The position numbers and the translations under genes were made by a program. The notes below the pieces were generated by a model that had not been told where the DNA came from, ran no database searches, and was given only the letters and a program-made list of their open reading frames with translations. From positions 1,024,001 to 1,088,000 of the forward strand of contig CAWBKB010000001.1 of the NCBI GenBank assembly GCA_963789265.1: a stretch of DNA of 64,000 nt. Reading direction: 5' to 3'. This document shows, piece by piece, positions 44,693 through 54,468 of this stretch (position 1 is its first letter; each line of letters starts with the position of its first letter). The DNA is from an uncultured delta proteobacterium. Lineage in GTDB: Bacteria > Desulfobacterota > Desulfomonilia > Desulfomonilales > Desulfomonilaceae.

Positions 44693-45223
44693 TTGGAAGC
44701 ACGGAAAAAGATTAGAGCTAAAGAGGTTGTGCAAGACCTTCGGTCCGGCACGCCGACCGCTGACCTCCTGAGAAAATATGAACTGTCCCGGAATGGGCTG
44801 GCCATTGTGCTACAAAAGCTTGTTGATGCCAAAGTTTTGAGTCGGTCCGACCTCGAAGATTGGCGATCTCTCAATCATGATGTAACAGTAATTAGGGGCG
44901 TTCGAGAAGACGAGCGAGTAAAGATAGATTTTCCCTTGGTGGTTCAAGACTCCGACTTCCCTTATGCGAAAGGTTTTGTGCGCGACTTATCTGAAAAAGG
45001 ACTCGGGACGTATGGGATTACCGCCCGCGTTGGCGAGACAAAAGGATTGGTGCTACACCTGGAGCGGCCGAACCGGCATGCGCACATAAAATTTCACGCG
45101 CAATGCCGATGGGTGGAACGCTCGGCAGGGGATAGTCCAAGATGCACGGCGGGATTTGAAATAACACATATTGAAGACGCAGCATTAGCCGGGTTACGAA
45201 ACCTCCTTGAAAAAAAGAAATAA
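44693..45223 (+). CDS. Unnamed HTH-like module + PilZ domain
   Basis: KKIRAKEVVQDLRSG...; REDER and DLSEKG c-di-GMP motifs; CRW..AGFEI. Confidence 0.8.
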   Translation: MEARKKIRAKEVVQDLRSGTPTADLLRKYELSRNGLAIVLQKLVDAKVLSRSDLEDWRSLNHDVTVIRGVREDERVKIDFPLVVQDSDFPYAKGFVRDLSEKGLGTYGITARVGETKGLVLHLERPNRHAHIKFHAQCRWVERSAGDSPRCTAGFEITHIEDAALAGLRNLLEKKK

Positions 45224-45244
45224 CCGTCTGCTTATGGGATAACC

Positions 45245-45556
45245 ATGGCGAAGAAGAAGATAAAGGCAAGGGAGTTGCTAACCGATGTTAGAGCCGGATT
45301 GGATGATGAGGCACTGATGCAGAAGTACAGTCTTTCAGCTCGTGGAGTGCTTCAGGCCCTGAACAAGCTCATCGCGCACGGGCTCATGTCTCCGGAAGAG
45401 CTCATCGAACGCAGATCCTTGGCTAAAACCGTTTATATGCCTGTCTTCACGTGCTCTGCCTGTGGGAACACACAGTTCTCGAAAGTGGAGAAGTGTCCGC
45501 GATGTGGTGCCAGGTTGAGAGCTTCCGGCGAGGGGAAGTCGGATTTCAGCTATTAG
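45245..45556 (+). CDS. Unnamed HTH-like module + zinc ribbon
   Basis: KKIKARELLTDVRAGLDDEALMQKYSLS; CSACG..CPRCG. Confidence 0.8.
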   Translation: MAKKKIKARELLTDVRAGLDDEALMQKYSLSARGVLQALNKLIAHGLMSPEELIERRSLAKTVYMPVFTCSACGNTQFSKVEKCPRCGARLRASGEGKSDFSY

Positions 45557-45578
45557 ATTGGAGGTTTCAGGGGGGATA

Positions 45579-46163
45579 ATGGAGAAGAAGCGGCAAATCA
45601 ACGGCAAAAATATCCTCAGTGATCTGAGATCAGGAATGGCTGACCGCCAATTGCAAGTGAAATATAAGCTGTCGAGCAAGAGCCTGGAATCCATTTTGAG
45701 CAAGCTGGTGAAGTGCGGCGCTGTCAGCCATGCCGAACTATACGAAAAGTCCTCATCATACAGAGAGAGCGTTAACCATGTTCAAGCACGAAAGCATCCC
45801 AGGGCGGAGTTGGATGTTTACGTGCCGGTCTATGACATCGCCGACTCGGCCGTGGGGGTGCTAAGGGACATATCGGAGAACGGGTTAAGGCTGGCCGGGA
45901 TCAAGGTCCAGGTTGGACAGGCGAAGACATTTCAGATTCCGGTGGATATGTTCATGGAGGCCCAGCCTCTGTTGATTATCGCTGAGTGCAAGTGGGTTCA
46001 AATAAAGAAGAAGAGCCGACATTACGCAGTGGCGGGATTCGAGCTAATAGATCTTCCGGACGCAGATCGTGAGACTCTCAGAGATTTCATCAACCTGTTG
46101 CTGCTTAAGAGCCCGGAAAACGGCAGCCCTCGGACTGAGAAGGAGCTACCTCCCGCAAGATAA
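45579..46163 (+). CDS. Unnamed HTH-like module + PilZ domain
   Basis: KRQINGKNILSDLRSGMADRQL..KYKLS; RKHPR and DISENG. Confidence 0.82.
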   Translation: MEKKRQINGKNILSDLRSGMADRQLQVKYKLSSKSLESILSKLVKCGAVSHAELYEKSSSYRESVNHVQARKHPRAELDVYVPVYDIADSAVGVLRDISENGLRLAGIKVQVGQAKTFQIPVDMFMEAQPLLIIAECKWVQIKKKSRHYAVAGFELIDLPDADRETLRDFINLLLLKSPENGSPRTEKELPPAR

Positions 46164-46345
46164 ATGGAAGATTCGGCATGGATCGAAAAAGAACAAGGGC
46201 CGATTGACCGATCGGAGGGCAGGTGAGGATGCCGCACTGTGCAAGGTTCTCAAGCCCAACCAATTCACGGTAAAGTGTCAGGTTTGCCCGCACGTGCAAT
46301 CTTTTGTAACGACTTATCGTCATGACTCTTATGAAGGGGGGATCT

Positions 46346-47188
46346 GTGGTCAAAAGAGCAATCAACGCAAAGCAAGCCGTGGCAGACATCCGTTCAGGCA
46401 TGGATGATGCTGCTCTCATGAGCAAGCACCATCTCTCTTCTCAAGGACTTCAAAGTCTCCTTGACAAGCTAGTGAAGGGCGGGTTCATAGATTTGTCCGA
46501 GATAGCAGGCCGTTTGCCGGGTTTCTTGGGGGTGGTCCGTGTATCTGAAGCTGCTCCATCGGCGCACGGAAGCAAAGAGACGAATGGCTCCCAAGCGCTT
46601 CAGACCAAGTCGCCGCCGCTGATCAATGCACAGGAGGCGGCCAGAGACATCAGATGGGGTGTAGCCGATACGGCCCTTATGTCCAAGTATCGCCTTTCAC
46701 CGGCGGGACTCAGCAGCCTTTTCGACAAGCTACTTTCGTCAGGACTGATAACGCAGTCTGACCTTGAACGGAGAGATCTTCTGGCTGACCGTACTGTCAA
46801 CCTGAAAGAAGAAATGCTCAGCTTCGCTGACGCACTGGACCGGCTCGGGCTTAATGTTCCAATTTCAGCACCCGGAGAACGAAGGGCTAAGCCCAAACAA
46901 GTGAAAGTCGGTCATCCTGCTGACAAAAGGACCAAAGCGGCAGAGACTATCTCGACCGGCAAGGGCAACAAAACTTCGCTGGAAGCAAGAGTAAGCCCCG
47001 AGCCGCATGTGACTCCATGGTACGACAGACCTACGATTGTAATGCTCCTATTGATCGGCCTCTTTCCTCTGGGGCTGTACGCTCTTTACCGAAAATCTAC
47101 GTTTTCTATTCGTACTAAATTGTCGATGATGGCAGCTTGGGTCCTGCTGGCTACCATCTGTATAATTTTGGTCATGCGGGGGATATAG
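46346..47188 (+). CDS. Two unnamed HTH-like modules + C-terminal two-TM anchor
   Basis: INAKQAVADIRSGMDD and INAQEAARDIRWGVAD; PWYDRP..LLIGLFPLGLYALY TM motif. GTG start after GGGGG. Confidence 0.8.
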   Translation: MVKRAINAKQAVADIRSGMDDAALMSKHHLSSQGLQSLLDKLVKGGFIDLSEIAGRLPGFLGVVRVSEAAPSAHGSKETNGSQALQTKSPPLINAQEAARDIRWGVADTALMSKYRLSPAGLSSLFDKLLSSGLITQSDLERRDLLADRTVNLKEEMLSFADALDRLGLNVPISAPGERRAKPKQVKVGHPADKRTKAAETISTGKGNKTSLEARVSPEPHVTPWYDRPTIVMLLLIGLFPLGLYALYRKSTFSIRTKLSMMAAWVLLATICIILVMRGI

Positions 47189-47190
47189 GT

Positions 47191-47742
47191 GTGCTGAGAA
47201 TCAAGGCCAGGGATTTGGCGGCTGATATTCGAGCGCGGCTATCGGACTTTGAGCTGATGTCCCAATACGGATTGTCTTTGAACCAACTGGAATATGTCAT
47301 AGGGCAGCTTGTAGAGTCCGGAACGATAAGGAAGGACGAAATCGAAGAAAGGGGCCCTTTCTTTGATGATCCGGCCAACCGATTAAAGACACGGCGGTTT
47401 CCTAGAACGTATCTAAGGGTCCCCCTCGAGATTGAAGATGTGAATAACTCTGCAAACAAGTGCCTCCTTGTTGATCTGTCCGAAGAAGGGTTCCGGGTGC
47501 GCGGAATTACTTCAGGGGTTGTGGGTAAAGAAAAGACCTTTCTGGTTTATCCAAATGGGGTTCGCGGGAGGACGGTTAGACTTAGCGCTACATGCGTGTG
47601 GGCCAAGCTGGATTTAGATGCCGGGTTCTCAGGAGAGGCAGGATTCAAAATAATCAGCATCTCGGATAATGATATGCTTGCACTGAAAAAGGCCGCAAAA
47701 CTTCTAGGTCTCGGAGACCGCAATCTCTCGGCAGCAAGATGA
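47191..47742 (+). CDS. Unnamed HTH-like module + PilZ domain
   Basis: RIKARDLAADIRARLSDFELMSQYGLS; RRFPR and DLSEEG. Confidence 0.8.
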   Translation: MLRIKARDLAADIRARLSDFELMSQYGLSLNQLEYVIGQLVESGTIRKDEIEERGPFFDDPANRLKTRRFPRTYLRVPLEIEDVNNSANKCLLVDLSEEGFRVRGITSGVVGKEKTFLVYPNGVRGRTVRLSATCVWAKLDLDAGFSGEAGFKIISISDNDMLALKKAAKLLGLGDRNLSAAR

Positions 47743-47794
47743 ATCGGCTCATAAAGAGATGTCCTGGACCTGCGTGAGGTTCAACGGGAGCATA

Positions 47795-48478
47795 ATGAAA
47801 TCGAAGATAATTTGGAAGGAGATTGTAAAAGATATTTCCCGCGGAATGAGTGACGCAGAGCTCATGAACAAGCACGAATTGGCAAGAGATCAGCTTAAAT
47901 CCATATTCAAGCAGCTTGCCGGACTGCGCGAAAGAAGAATTCAAATGCTGGTCCGCGATCTCAGATCCGGGATGGCCCCTCTGGAGCTAAAGAGAAAATA
48001 TCATCTCTCGGCCAAAGGCTTCGAAAGTGCCCTCAAGTTGCTTCTTGAGGTAAATGCTATCACTTCGACTGAATTCAAGATCTTCAAATTTGCTGGTGAC
48101 GACAAGTTAGCTCGGCAGGACTCGCGTCGTACACCACGGAGTAACCCCATCCCAGTCGTCACGGTCTACGAAAACGGCAAGCCGGAAACAAGGTATGTAG
48201 TCCGGGATATTTCTGAGAAAGGCATAGGTGTCATTGGGATCAGGGCACAAATCGGCGAGACTAAATCTCTTGCCGTTGTCGGTGATGAATTCGGACAGAT
48301 AGCCCCGTTTGAATTCGAGGTCCAATGCCGCTGGACAAAACATCTGAATCTCAACGGGCAGATATGCTCGGGTTTTAGTGTCACGAATATAAGCGAACAA
48401 GACCTATTTCGGCTCAGGGAATTCATCCAGGGGTTCACGTTCGGGACCGACGAAGCCGGAGACTCCATAGTCAATTAA
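47795..48478 (+). CDS. Two unnamed HTH-like modules + PilZ domain
   Basis: KEIVKDISRGMSDAELMNKHEL and LVRDLRSGMAPLELKRKYHLS; RRTPR and DISEKG. Confidence 0.82.
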   Translation: MKSKIIWKEIVKDISRGMSDAELMNKHELARDQLKSIFKQLAGLRERRIQMLVRDLRSGMAPLELKRKYHLSAKGFESALKLLLEVNAITSTEFKIFKFAGDDKLARQDSRRTPRSNPIPVVTVYENGKPETRYVVRDISEKGIGVIGIRAQIGETKSLAVVGDEFGQIAPFEFEVQCRWTKHLNLNGQICSGFSVTNISEQDLFRLREFIQGFTFGTDEAGDSIVN

Positions 48479-48516
48479 CAGCAAGAGTGGTGGCGATACA
48501 ATGAGCCGGCAACGAT

Positions 48517-50790
48517 TCATCGGTGCCGTTTGAGGCCCAATCTCTCCAGCAGTCCCTTCTTAGTTCTCGTACCCGGGGTGCTCAGTTCGTCCTGCAATTT
48601 TCTTAGCGCTGCATGCAGCTCCTGGGTGTCGGCAAACCTGTCGTCGGGATTCTTTGCCGTCATTTTCTGAAGCAGTTTAAACATCGAGTCCGGGACAGGC
48701 GGTTGAAAATCCTTGAACGGAGGCAACGGCTCATGGACATGCTTCTGGAAAATGACGTAAGCCGACTCGCCATGGAAAGGTGGGGAACCGCTCAGCAGAT
48801 GGTACAGGGTTATCCCCAGCGAATAGATGTCTGAACGTATATCCAAAGTGCGGGAGCCTTTTGCCTGCTCAGGTGAGAAATACAGCGGAGTGCCGCACGA
48901 GATCCCGGTCTGCGTTATGCCGGAATCCTGGGAGTCCAGATAATTTTTGGCCAAACCGAGGTCGGCAAGTCTTGCTTCGCCCTTGTTGGTGAAGAGAATG
49001 TTGGCCGGCTTGATATCTCGATGCAGGATGTTGTTTTCTTCGGCAACACTCAAGGCGCGGGCAATGTCATTTGCTATTTGTAAGACTTTTTCCACAGGGA
49101 ATCGTCCCATCCTGGCCAGCATGGACGCTGCGTTGCCTCCGTCTACGTAAGGCATCACAAGAAAATGATGCCCGTCTTCCAGCCCCACGTTCATCACGCC
49201 GACTATGTTCGGATGTTGTAATTTCGCCGCGGACCTTGCCTCGCGTATGAAGCGTTTGACAAAGATCGGGTCTTTCTCGGCGAGATGCGCGTGAAGGACT
49301 TTGACCGCGACGGGGATATCCAGAGCTATGTGGTGCCCTTTGAACACTCCGCCCATGCCGCCCCCACCTATTTTGTAGAAAAGCCGACATCCTCCAATCG
49401 TTTGACCGATTAACTGCTCGCCGAGGCTATCCGGCCTCGTGTCCGCGAAGGGCACAGTCATGATACGTCCGCAGCTTATACACTTGCCTTTGCGGCCCAA
49501 GTAGCGCGTCGGAACGACGTGAACATGGCCGCATTCGCAGGCGAATCGGATTCTCGGATCGGTCTGCCGCCGAGCCCTTGAAAGCCCCGCTCCCTCCTCA
49601 ACCTTTTCGCTGGAAAAAAGTTCCGTCTCCTTCGTGGGATCGGGCAGCATATCCGTCTGCATCGCACGAATTGCATCCATCTCCAATTCTGTGAACATAC
49701 TGGTGGAAAAAGCCGCAGTCTCCTCGAAAACGGACGGGTCTTGCAGCGCCCGGTCGATGAACGTCTTCAGTTTAGTCTCACCACCGGGGAGAAAGGAAAC
49801 GAACTGCGCTTTCACCCGGTTTGTGTCGTCATTCTCTTCCCTGGGGTCCGATTCGGATACTCTTGCTATGACCCAGACAGGTTCGCCTCCTTCCGGGAGT
49901 GGCAGATGAATCTTCAGTGCAGCGGTGACTCCCGGATCCGGCGTGTCAGGCAAGTCCAGCAGTGCCCAGCCGTAGGAAAGTCGGTCCGATGTCCCTTCTT
50001 TCCAAGTCTTGTTGTCCAGCGAATAGCTGACAGGAGCCACCAAAGGAATTCCAGGAGAGGGGTCCACCGCGAATGAACCGGTTAACTCACGACCTTCCTC
50101 ATTAGTCTCCGCTTCAGGAGATCCCGATGTGACAGGCGCATGGGCCACCTTTCCAGCCTCCACATCCTCTACGAGGACCTCGAAATCGTGCCGCGCTGCG
50201 CCGGCGGACGAAAGGGCATCCAGGATCTGGTCATAGTCTGGAATAAAACGCTTTTGTTCATCGGTCACTTTGCCAAGCAGATCATTGGCCAGAGTAAGGA
50301 GACCTTGCTCAATGCAAACGGTAATAAGATCGGAAATTAAGTCGCCCCTTTCCGCCGGCGTGAGGGTCTCGTCACTCAGAATTTGGTCCCGGAGCCGCAG
50401 GGCTTCATCAACATTTTCCAATCTGATGAGACAAGTGGCCGAATAACGGAAGAGATCGGTACGGAATGCGGGCGACGATGCCAACGCCTTCTTGAATTCT
50501 TCCAGCGCCTCCTCGTACAAGTCCATGCCCATGTAGGCCACGCCCAAATCGAAAGCCAAGCGAGGCGAAAAGTCCTCAGACGGCGGGCGCCGAGACTCAG
50601 TAGTTTCTTCCATCTTTTTGACGAACTGAAGGTGAACTATCTTGGCGCGGGCCTTGCGATTATCGGGCTCAACGGTGAGGACGTTCCGGTAGATGAGAAT
50701 GGCATGATCGTACAACCCTTGAGCCTCATAATGCTCCGCTTCCTGCCACATACGAGCCAAGCCTTCGTTGTCAATGTGGGAACTATTCAT
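48517..50790 (-). CDS. Soluble Hanks-type Ser/Thr kinase with N-terminal TPRs, a degenerate PilZ-like domain and a zinc ribbon
   Basis: IGGGGMGGV, VAVK, HRDIKPAN, DLGLAK, GTPLYFSPE, SDIYSLG; FACECG..GKCISCG; no TM. Confidence 0.9.
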   Translation of the reverse strand: MNSSHIDNEGLARMWQEAEHYEAQGLYDHAILIYRNVLTVEPDNRKARAKIVHLQFVKKMEETTESRRPPSEDFSPRLAFDLGVAYMGMDLYEEALEEFKKALASSPAFRTDLFRYSATCLIRLENVDEALRLRDQILSDETLTPAERGDLISDLITVCIEQGLLTLANDLLGKVTDEQKRFIPDYDQILDALSSAGAARHDFEVLVEDVEAGKVAHAPVTSGSPEAETNEEGRELTGSFAVDPSPGIPLVAPVSYSLDNKTWKEGTSDRLSYGWALLDLPDTPDPGVTAALKIHLPLPEGGEPVWVIARVSESDPREENDDTNRVKAQFVSFLPGGETKLKTFIDRALQDPSVFEETAAFSTSMFTELEMDAIRAMQTDMLPDPTKETELFSSEKVEEGAGLSRARRQTDPRIRFACECGHVHVVPTRYLGRKGKCISCGRIMTVPFADTRPDSLGEQLIGQTIGGCRLFYKIGGGGMGGVFKGHHIALDIPVAVKVLHAHLAEKDPIFVKRFIREARSAAKLQHPNIVGVMNVGLEDGHHFLVMPYVDGGNAASMLARMGRFPVEKVLQIANDIARALSVAEENNILHRDIKPANILFTNKGEARLADLGLAKNYLDSQDSGITQTGISCGTPLYFSPEQAKGSRTLDIRSDIYSLGITLYHLLSGSPPFHGESAYVIFQKHVHEPLPPFKDFQPPVPDSMFKLLQKMTAKNPDDRFADTQELHAALRKLQDELSTPGTRTKKGLLERLGLKRHR

Positions 50791-50912
50791 GCTTGCCCTG
50801 TTTCAGGTTGCTGCAGCTCCTCGACCGACCACTCGTCAATAAGTTGTGGACACCACAAGAATGTCCCTCAACAAGAAGGAATCATAACAAATTAATGACA
50901 CATTGTCAGCGG

Positions 50913-52607
50913 TCATTTGGGAATGAAACCAGGCGGCAATTCTTCCGGTTGAGCGTGTCGCGGCTCCGGATGGCGTTCCTGCCGGACCGATGGACTCTGC
51001 GCATCAAACGTCTCGGGGGCTAGGCGATCCTGCGCCGCCTTTTTGCTTTTGAAGCTCAAGCCGTACTCACGTGCCTTTTCTATGTAAGAGCCCGAGGCCA
51101 GCCTAATTTCTCCAATAATATTCACACGAATGGCTGCGGCGCCCTGCACGGGGCACTTGTTTTCGCATAAACCGCAACCGCTGCACTTGTTTTCAATGAC
51201 CACAGGAGCCGCATTCTTCAGTCCTGTGGCGGGCTGAAAGGATATGGCGTTGTATGGACAGACTTCATCGCAGACAAGACACTTCCTGTCCTGTTCCCAA
51301 ACCAGGCAGTTTTGTCGGACGATCCAAGCTGTTCCTACTTTTGCATGTTTTTTTTCTATAAGGGGAAGGTCACGTATGGCGCCGGTCGGGCATACCTGGC
51401 CGCACAAATTGCAATTCGGCGAGCATGCGGCAAGGCGAGGGACCATGATCGGAGTGAAAAGGCCTTCCAATCCCGCTTTGAGCCATGTCGGCTGAAGCGT
51501 GTTGGTGGCACATGCCTTCATGCATTCACCACAGCGGACACATCGGGTGAGAAAGTCAGGTTCCGGGAGTGAACCTGGAGGTCGTATCAAGTCAGCGTCG
51601 AATAATCCTCTTTCCTTGCCCCGCGGCCTGGGTTGCTTGATGCCCGTGTGCAGCAGACCGGCTGATATTAACCCAGACCCTAGAGCAAGCACCACGCCAC
51701 GCCTCGTGGGATCGGCGGCCGATCCCGAGGACTTCGCGTTGCGAGCGGCTGAAAAAGAGACGGCTGATTCCGGACAGATCTTTACGCATTCGAGACAGAC
51801 TATGCATTCCGAATATGCGGTCTTCCGCGGATCTTCGAATATTGCTCCGGTCGGGCATTTCCTGATGCATCGGCCGCAATGGGAACATGAGTCATTGACT
51901 TTGCGTCGGAGTATGGGCGATCGGGAAAAGAGTCCCATCAAAGCGCCGGCGGGGCACAAATTTCGGCACCAAAAACGCGGCTGGGAATAGGCCAGCGCCA
52001 CGATGCCTACAAAGAGCACTCCAACGAAAACGTTAGTGGCAAATTCTCTTCCGCTAATCTGAATGTAGGCCAACCCGGGAAAGATCCAACGGAAGGGCGC
52101 GGAAGAGGCTAGATCAAGACCGGAATCAGCCAGCAACAGAACGAGTGGATGTACTACCAACCCGTAAAACCGGGTGACGATGGAGAGGGGGGAGCCGATG
52201 AACAGGAGTGAAACCCCTCCCAATGCGGCCCCAAGGACGAAGACAAGGATCAAGTACTTCCACGCGCGGAATCGCGCCGTAGCTTCATAAGTATTCTTTT
52301 TTACTGACGGCTTCCGTCGCGGACCCAGAGGCCCCTGCAGCAGGTCCAACGTGGTCCCCATGGGGCAAATATGCCCGCAAAAGAATCTGCCCGCTAACAT
52401 AGCCGCAGCCAACACAAGGAGGCCGGGCAGAAGACTGATCTCGAAAGACCTCGTAGTTAGAATGGTGCCCAGGCCGATAAGGGGATCGAGTCGGAGGAAA
52501 AAATCCACGGCCAGCCCGTCGTCGTGGTACGGATAGGCGGCCAACAGTAGCAATCCAAGGAAAAGAAAGAGGGTGGCTGTTTGGGTGGCCTTTTGGAAAG
52601 TTATCAC
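50913..52607 (-). CDS. Membrane polyferredoxin (NapH/MauN-like 4Fe-4S binding protein)
   Basis: GRFFCGHICPMG, RFWCRNLCPAG, multiple CxxCxxCxxxCP motifs, IRPPG. Confidence 0.9.
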   Translation of the reverse strand: MITFQKATQTATLFLFLGLLLLAAYPYHDDGLAVDFFLRLDPLIGLGTILTTRSFEISLLPGLLVLAAAMLAGRFFCGHICPMGTTLDLLQGPLGPRRKPSVKKNTYEATARFRAWKYLILVFVLGAALGGVSLLFIGSPLSIVTRFYGLVVHPLVLLLADSGLDLASSAPFRWIFPGLAYIQISGREFATNVFVGVLFVGIVALAYSQPRFWCRNLCPAGALMGLFSRSPILRRKVNDSCSHCGRCIRKCPTGAIFEDPRKTAYSECIVCLECVKICPESAVSFSAARNAKSSGSAADPTRRGVVLALGSGLISAGLLHTGIKQPRPRGKERGLFDADLIRPPGSLPEPDFLTRCVRCGECMKACATNTLQPTWLKAGLEGLFTPIMVPRLAACSPNCNLCGQVCPTGAIRDLPLIEKKHAKVGTAWIVRQNCLVWEQDRKCLVCDEVCPYNAISFQPATGLKNAAPVVIENKCSGCGLCENKCPVQGAAAIRVNIIGEIRLASGSYIEKAREYGLSFKSKKAAQDRLAPETFDAQSPSVRQERHPEPRHAQPEELPPGFIPK

Positions 52608-53542
52608 GATTTGATGTTCTTCACCTTCAGTTTGTCAATATCTATGCGGCCTAGACCGCGTTCGGCGGCGATGCGGATATGGCGCACTTGATCGGGCGCG
52701 AACGATTTCCCCCACCACGTGCCCAGCGCCACCATCTGGGAATCTGCTGCGACCATGTCCGTCGACGCGATCACAAGGTTCATGGGGATTACTTTACCTG
52801 GGCCGCTCGGTCCGCCGGTGCTCAGGATGCGGGTCGCGTCAATTACGACGAGCTGAGGCTTCAATACGGTAACCATGTCTACTATAGCTTCGTGCAGATT
52901 GTACCTGGAATGGAACGCTCTGCGATCCCGAATGAGACCCATCATCCCCTTCATGGAAAGACTCACACCCGAAGCAGCATGAGACTTGCCAACCGGCACA
53001 GCGATCAGAACATCCCCATCCAAAACATCAGAGAAGACTTCCATCGTCTTCACTTTATGAGCCTGAGGGGCCTTGACTTCTCGATACAACCTGCGTGCTT
53101 CCAGAGTGCTGACTGTCGTATTTGGAATGTCCCGGCAGGCCTCGGGTATTTTCGAAAGCCTCAGACATGCCCGCGGTTCGTTCAATACATGATCGACAAC
53201 CGAGATCTTCGAAGCGCCTGCCTCCGCGCACATTCGAGCTACTTCGCCGACGACCGCCGGGTGGGTATTGGACGCCCTTTGCGGCCCGCTGGCAAAGCTC
53301 ATATTGGGCTTGATTACGACCTTGTTACCCGGTTTCACAAAACGCTTTATCCCGCCCAACGCCTCAACCGCAGCCCGGGTGATCGCGGCGGGATCAATGC
53401 CATGTGATATGACCAGGTCCGGGATTTCTTCGGCAAAGGATTCTCTGGGGCCGAGCAGCCCGCCTAATGTCCCGGTGGCGAGCGCGGCGGTGGTGACCAA
53501 ACCGCTTTTCAAGAATTCGCGGCGGTCGAGCCTTTCTGTCAT
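52604..53542 (-). CDS. DUF362 family protein with a Tat signal
   Basis: DRREFLK; ALGGIKRFVKPG.KVVIKPN, NTHP, KSH, DMVAAD. Confidence 0.88.
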   Translation of the reverse strand: MTERLDRREFLKSGLVTTAALATGTLGGLLGPRESFAEEIPDLVISHGIDPAAITRAAVEALGGIKRFVKPGNKVVIKPNMSFASGPQRASNTHPAVVGEVARMCAEAGASKISVVDHVLNEPRACLRLSKIPEACRDIPNTTVSTLEARRLYREVKAPQAHKVKTMEVFSDVLDGDVLIAVPVGKSHAASGVSLSMKGMMGLIRDRRAFHSRYNLHEAIVDMVTVLKPQLVVIDATRILSTGGPSGPGKVIPMNLVIASTDMVAADSQMVALGTWWGKSFAPDQVRHIRIAAERGLGRIDIDKLKVKNIKS

Positions 53543-53602
53543 TACGGTCTCTCCTCTCGCGGAAGGATTCAGAATCCATCAACCATTATTAAAACTGCTG
53601 GT

Positions 53603-53616
53603 TTGACAAAAGTCAA
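53603..53616. promoter_or_regulatory. Perfect TTGAC-N4-GTCAA palindrome (Crp/Fnr-type geometry) overlapping a putative -35 of the DUF362 operon
   Basis: TTGACAAAAGTCAA; minus strand TTGACT-17 bp-TTTAAT. Confidence 0.45.
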
Positions 53617-53822
53617 CAGGCTGATTAAAACGCATCATAAGGCCGAAAGACCCGCGTCCGACCCGCCGGAGGCGAAAAGCTTCATTGAATCGGCCCGTTT
53701 TGCCGAATTCTAGTCGTCCGATGCCAAGTTTCAGTCATGTACTTGTCATGGCCGAGCTAAATCCTGGCTGTCTTCATCGTGATTGGCAGTCTACAACGAG
53801 TAACACATATCCGGGATTGTAA

Positions 53823-54390
53823 ATGGCTCTATCGCGAGTTGTGGAATTAGGCTTCTCTTTCCTGGTGGTATTCGTGCTCATTGTGTTGGTTTCTTTTCTC
53901 ACACTGCGTCCATCGCTCCGGGAGATAAGAACCGAGGCACGCGTCGAATGGGAAGGATTTCTCCAGGCCGTCAACGACCGTAACGACGTGCTGCCCGGAC
54001 TCGTGGAGGCGGTGAGGGGTTATGAACCGGCGTACGCGAAGCCGGCGGAGCGGCTCCTCGAAGCACGTTCAATTTCCGTGCGTTCGAAAGACTCGGGGAC
54101 TATTGTAGCTTCAGTCGATGACATGGAGGTTCAACTGAGGCGGATAGAGAATCTTGCAGAGTCAAAGCCGGGGCTCGCTCAATATCCTCCTTTCGCGGCG
54201 AACTGGAAGAAAGTGGTGAAGATTTCCCGGCGGATAATCTTCCTTCGGCAGAGCTATAACAGCACTGCCGGATTGGTACAATCGTCTACTCACGCCTTTT
54301 CCCCAGAATCTGTTGACCACGGTTTTTGGCTTTGTTCCTCTGACCGAATATCCGCAGAGCGGATCCTTCGGCGAACCGGAGTCGAAGTGA
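53823..54390 (+). CDS. LemA family protein, +1 frameshift at ~54274
   Basis: N-terminal TM, RND.LPGLVEAVRGY; deleting one G restores RQSYNSTAGLYNRLLTPFPQNLLTTVFGF with a stop at 54388. Confidence 0.82.
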
Positions 54391-54468
54391 AGAACTGGGA
54401 GCCGCGTCGTATGCGGGCAGTTTGAAACGAACAGAACCTTATGCTCTGTGCTTCCAGTTCACCAACTT

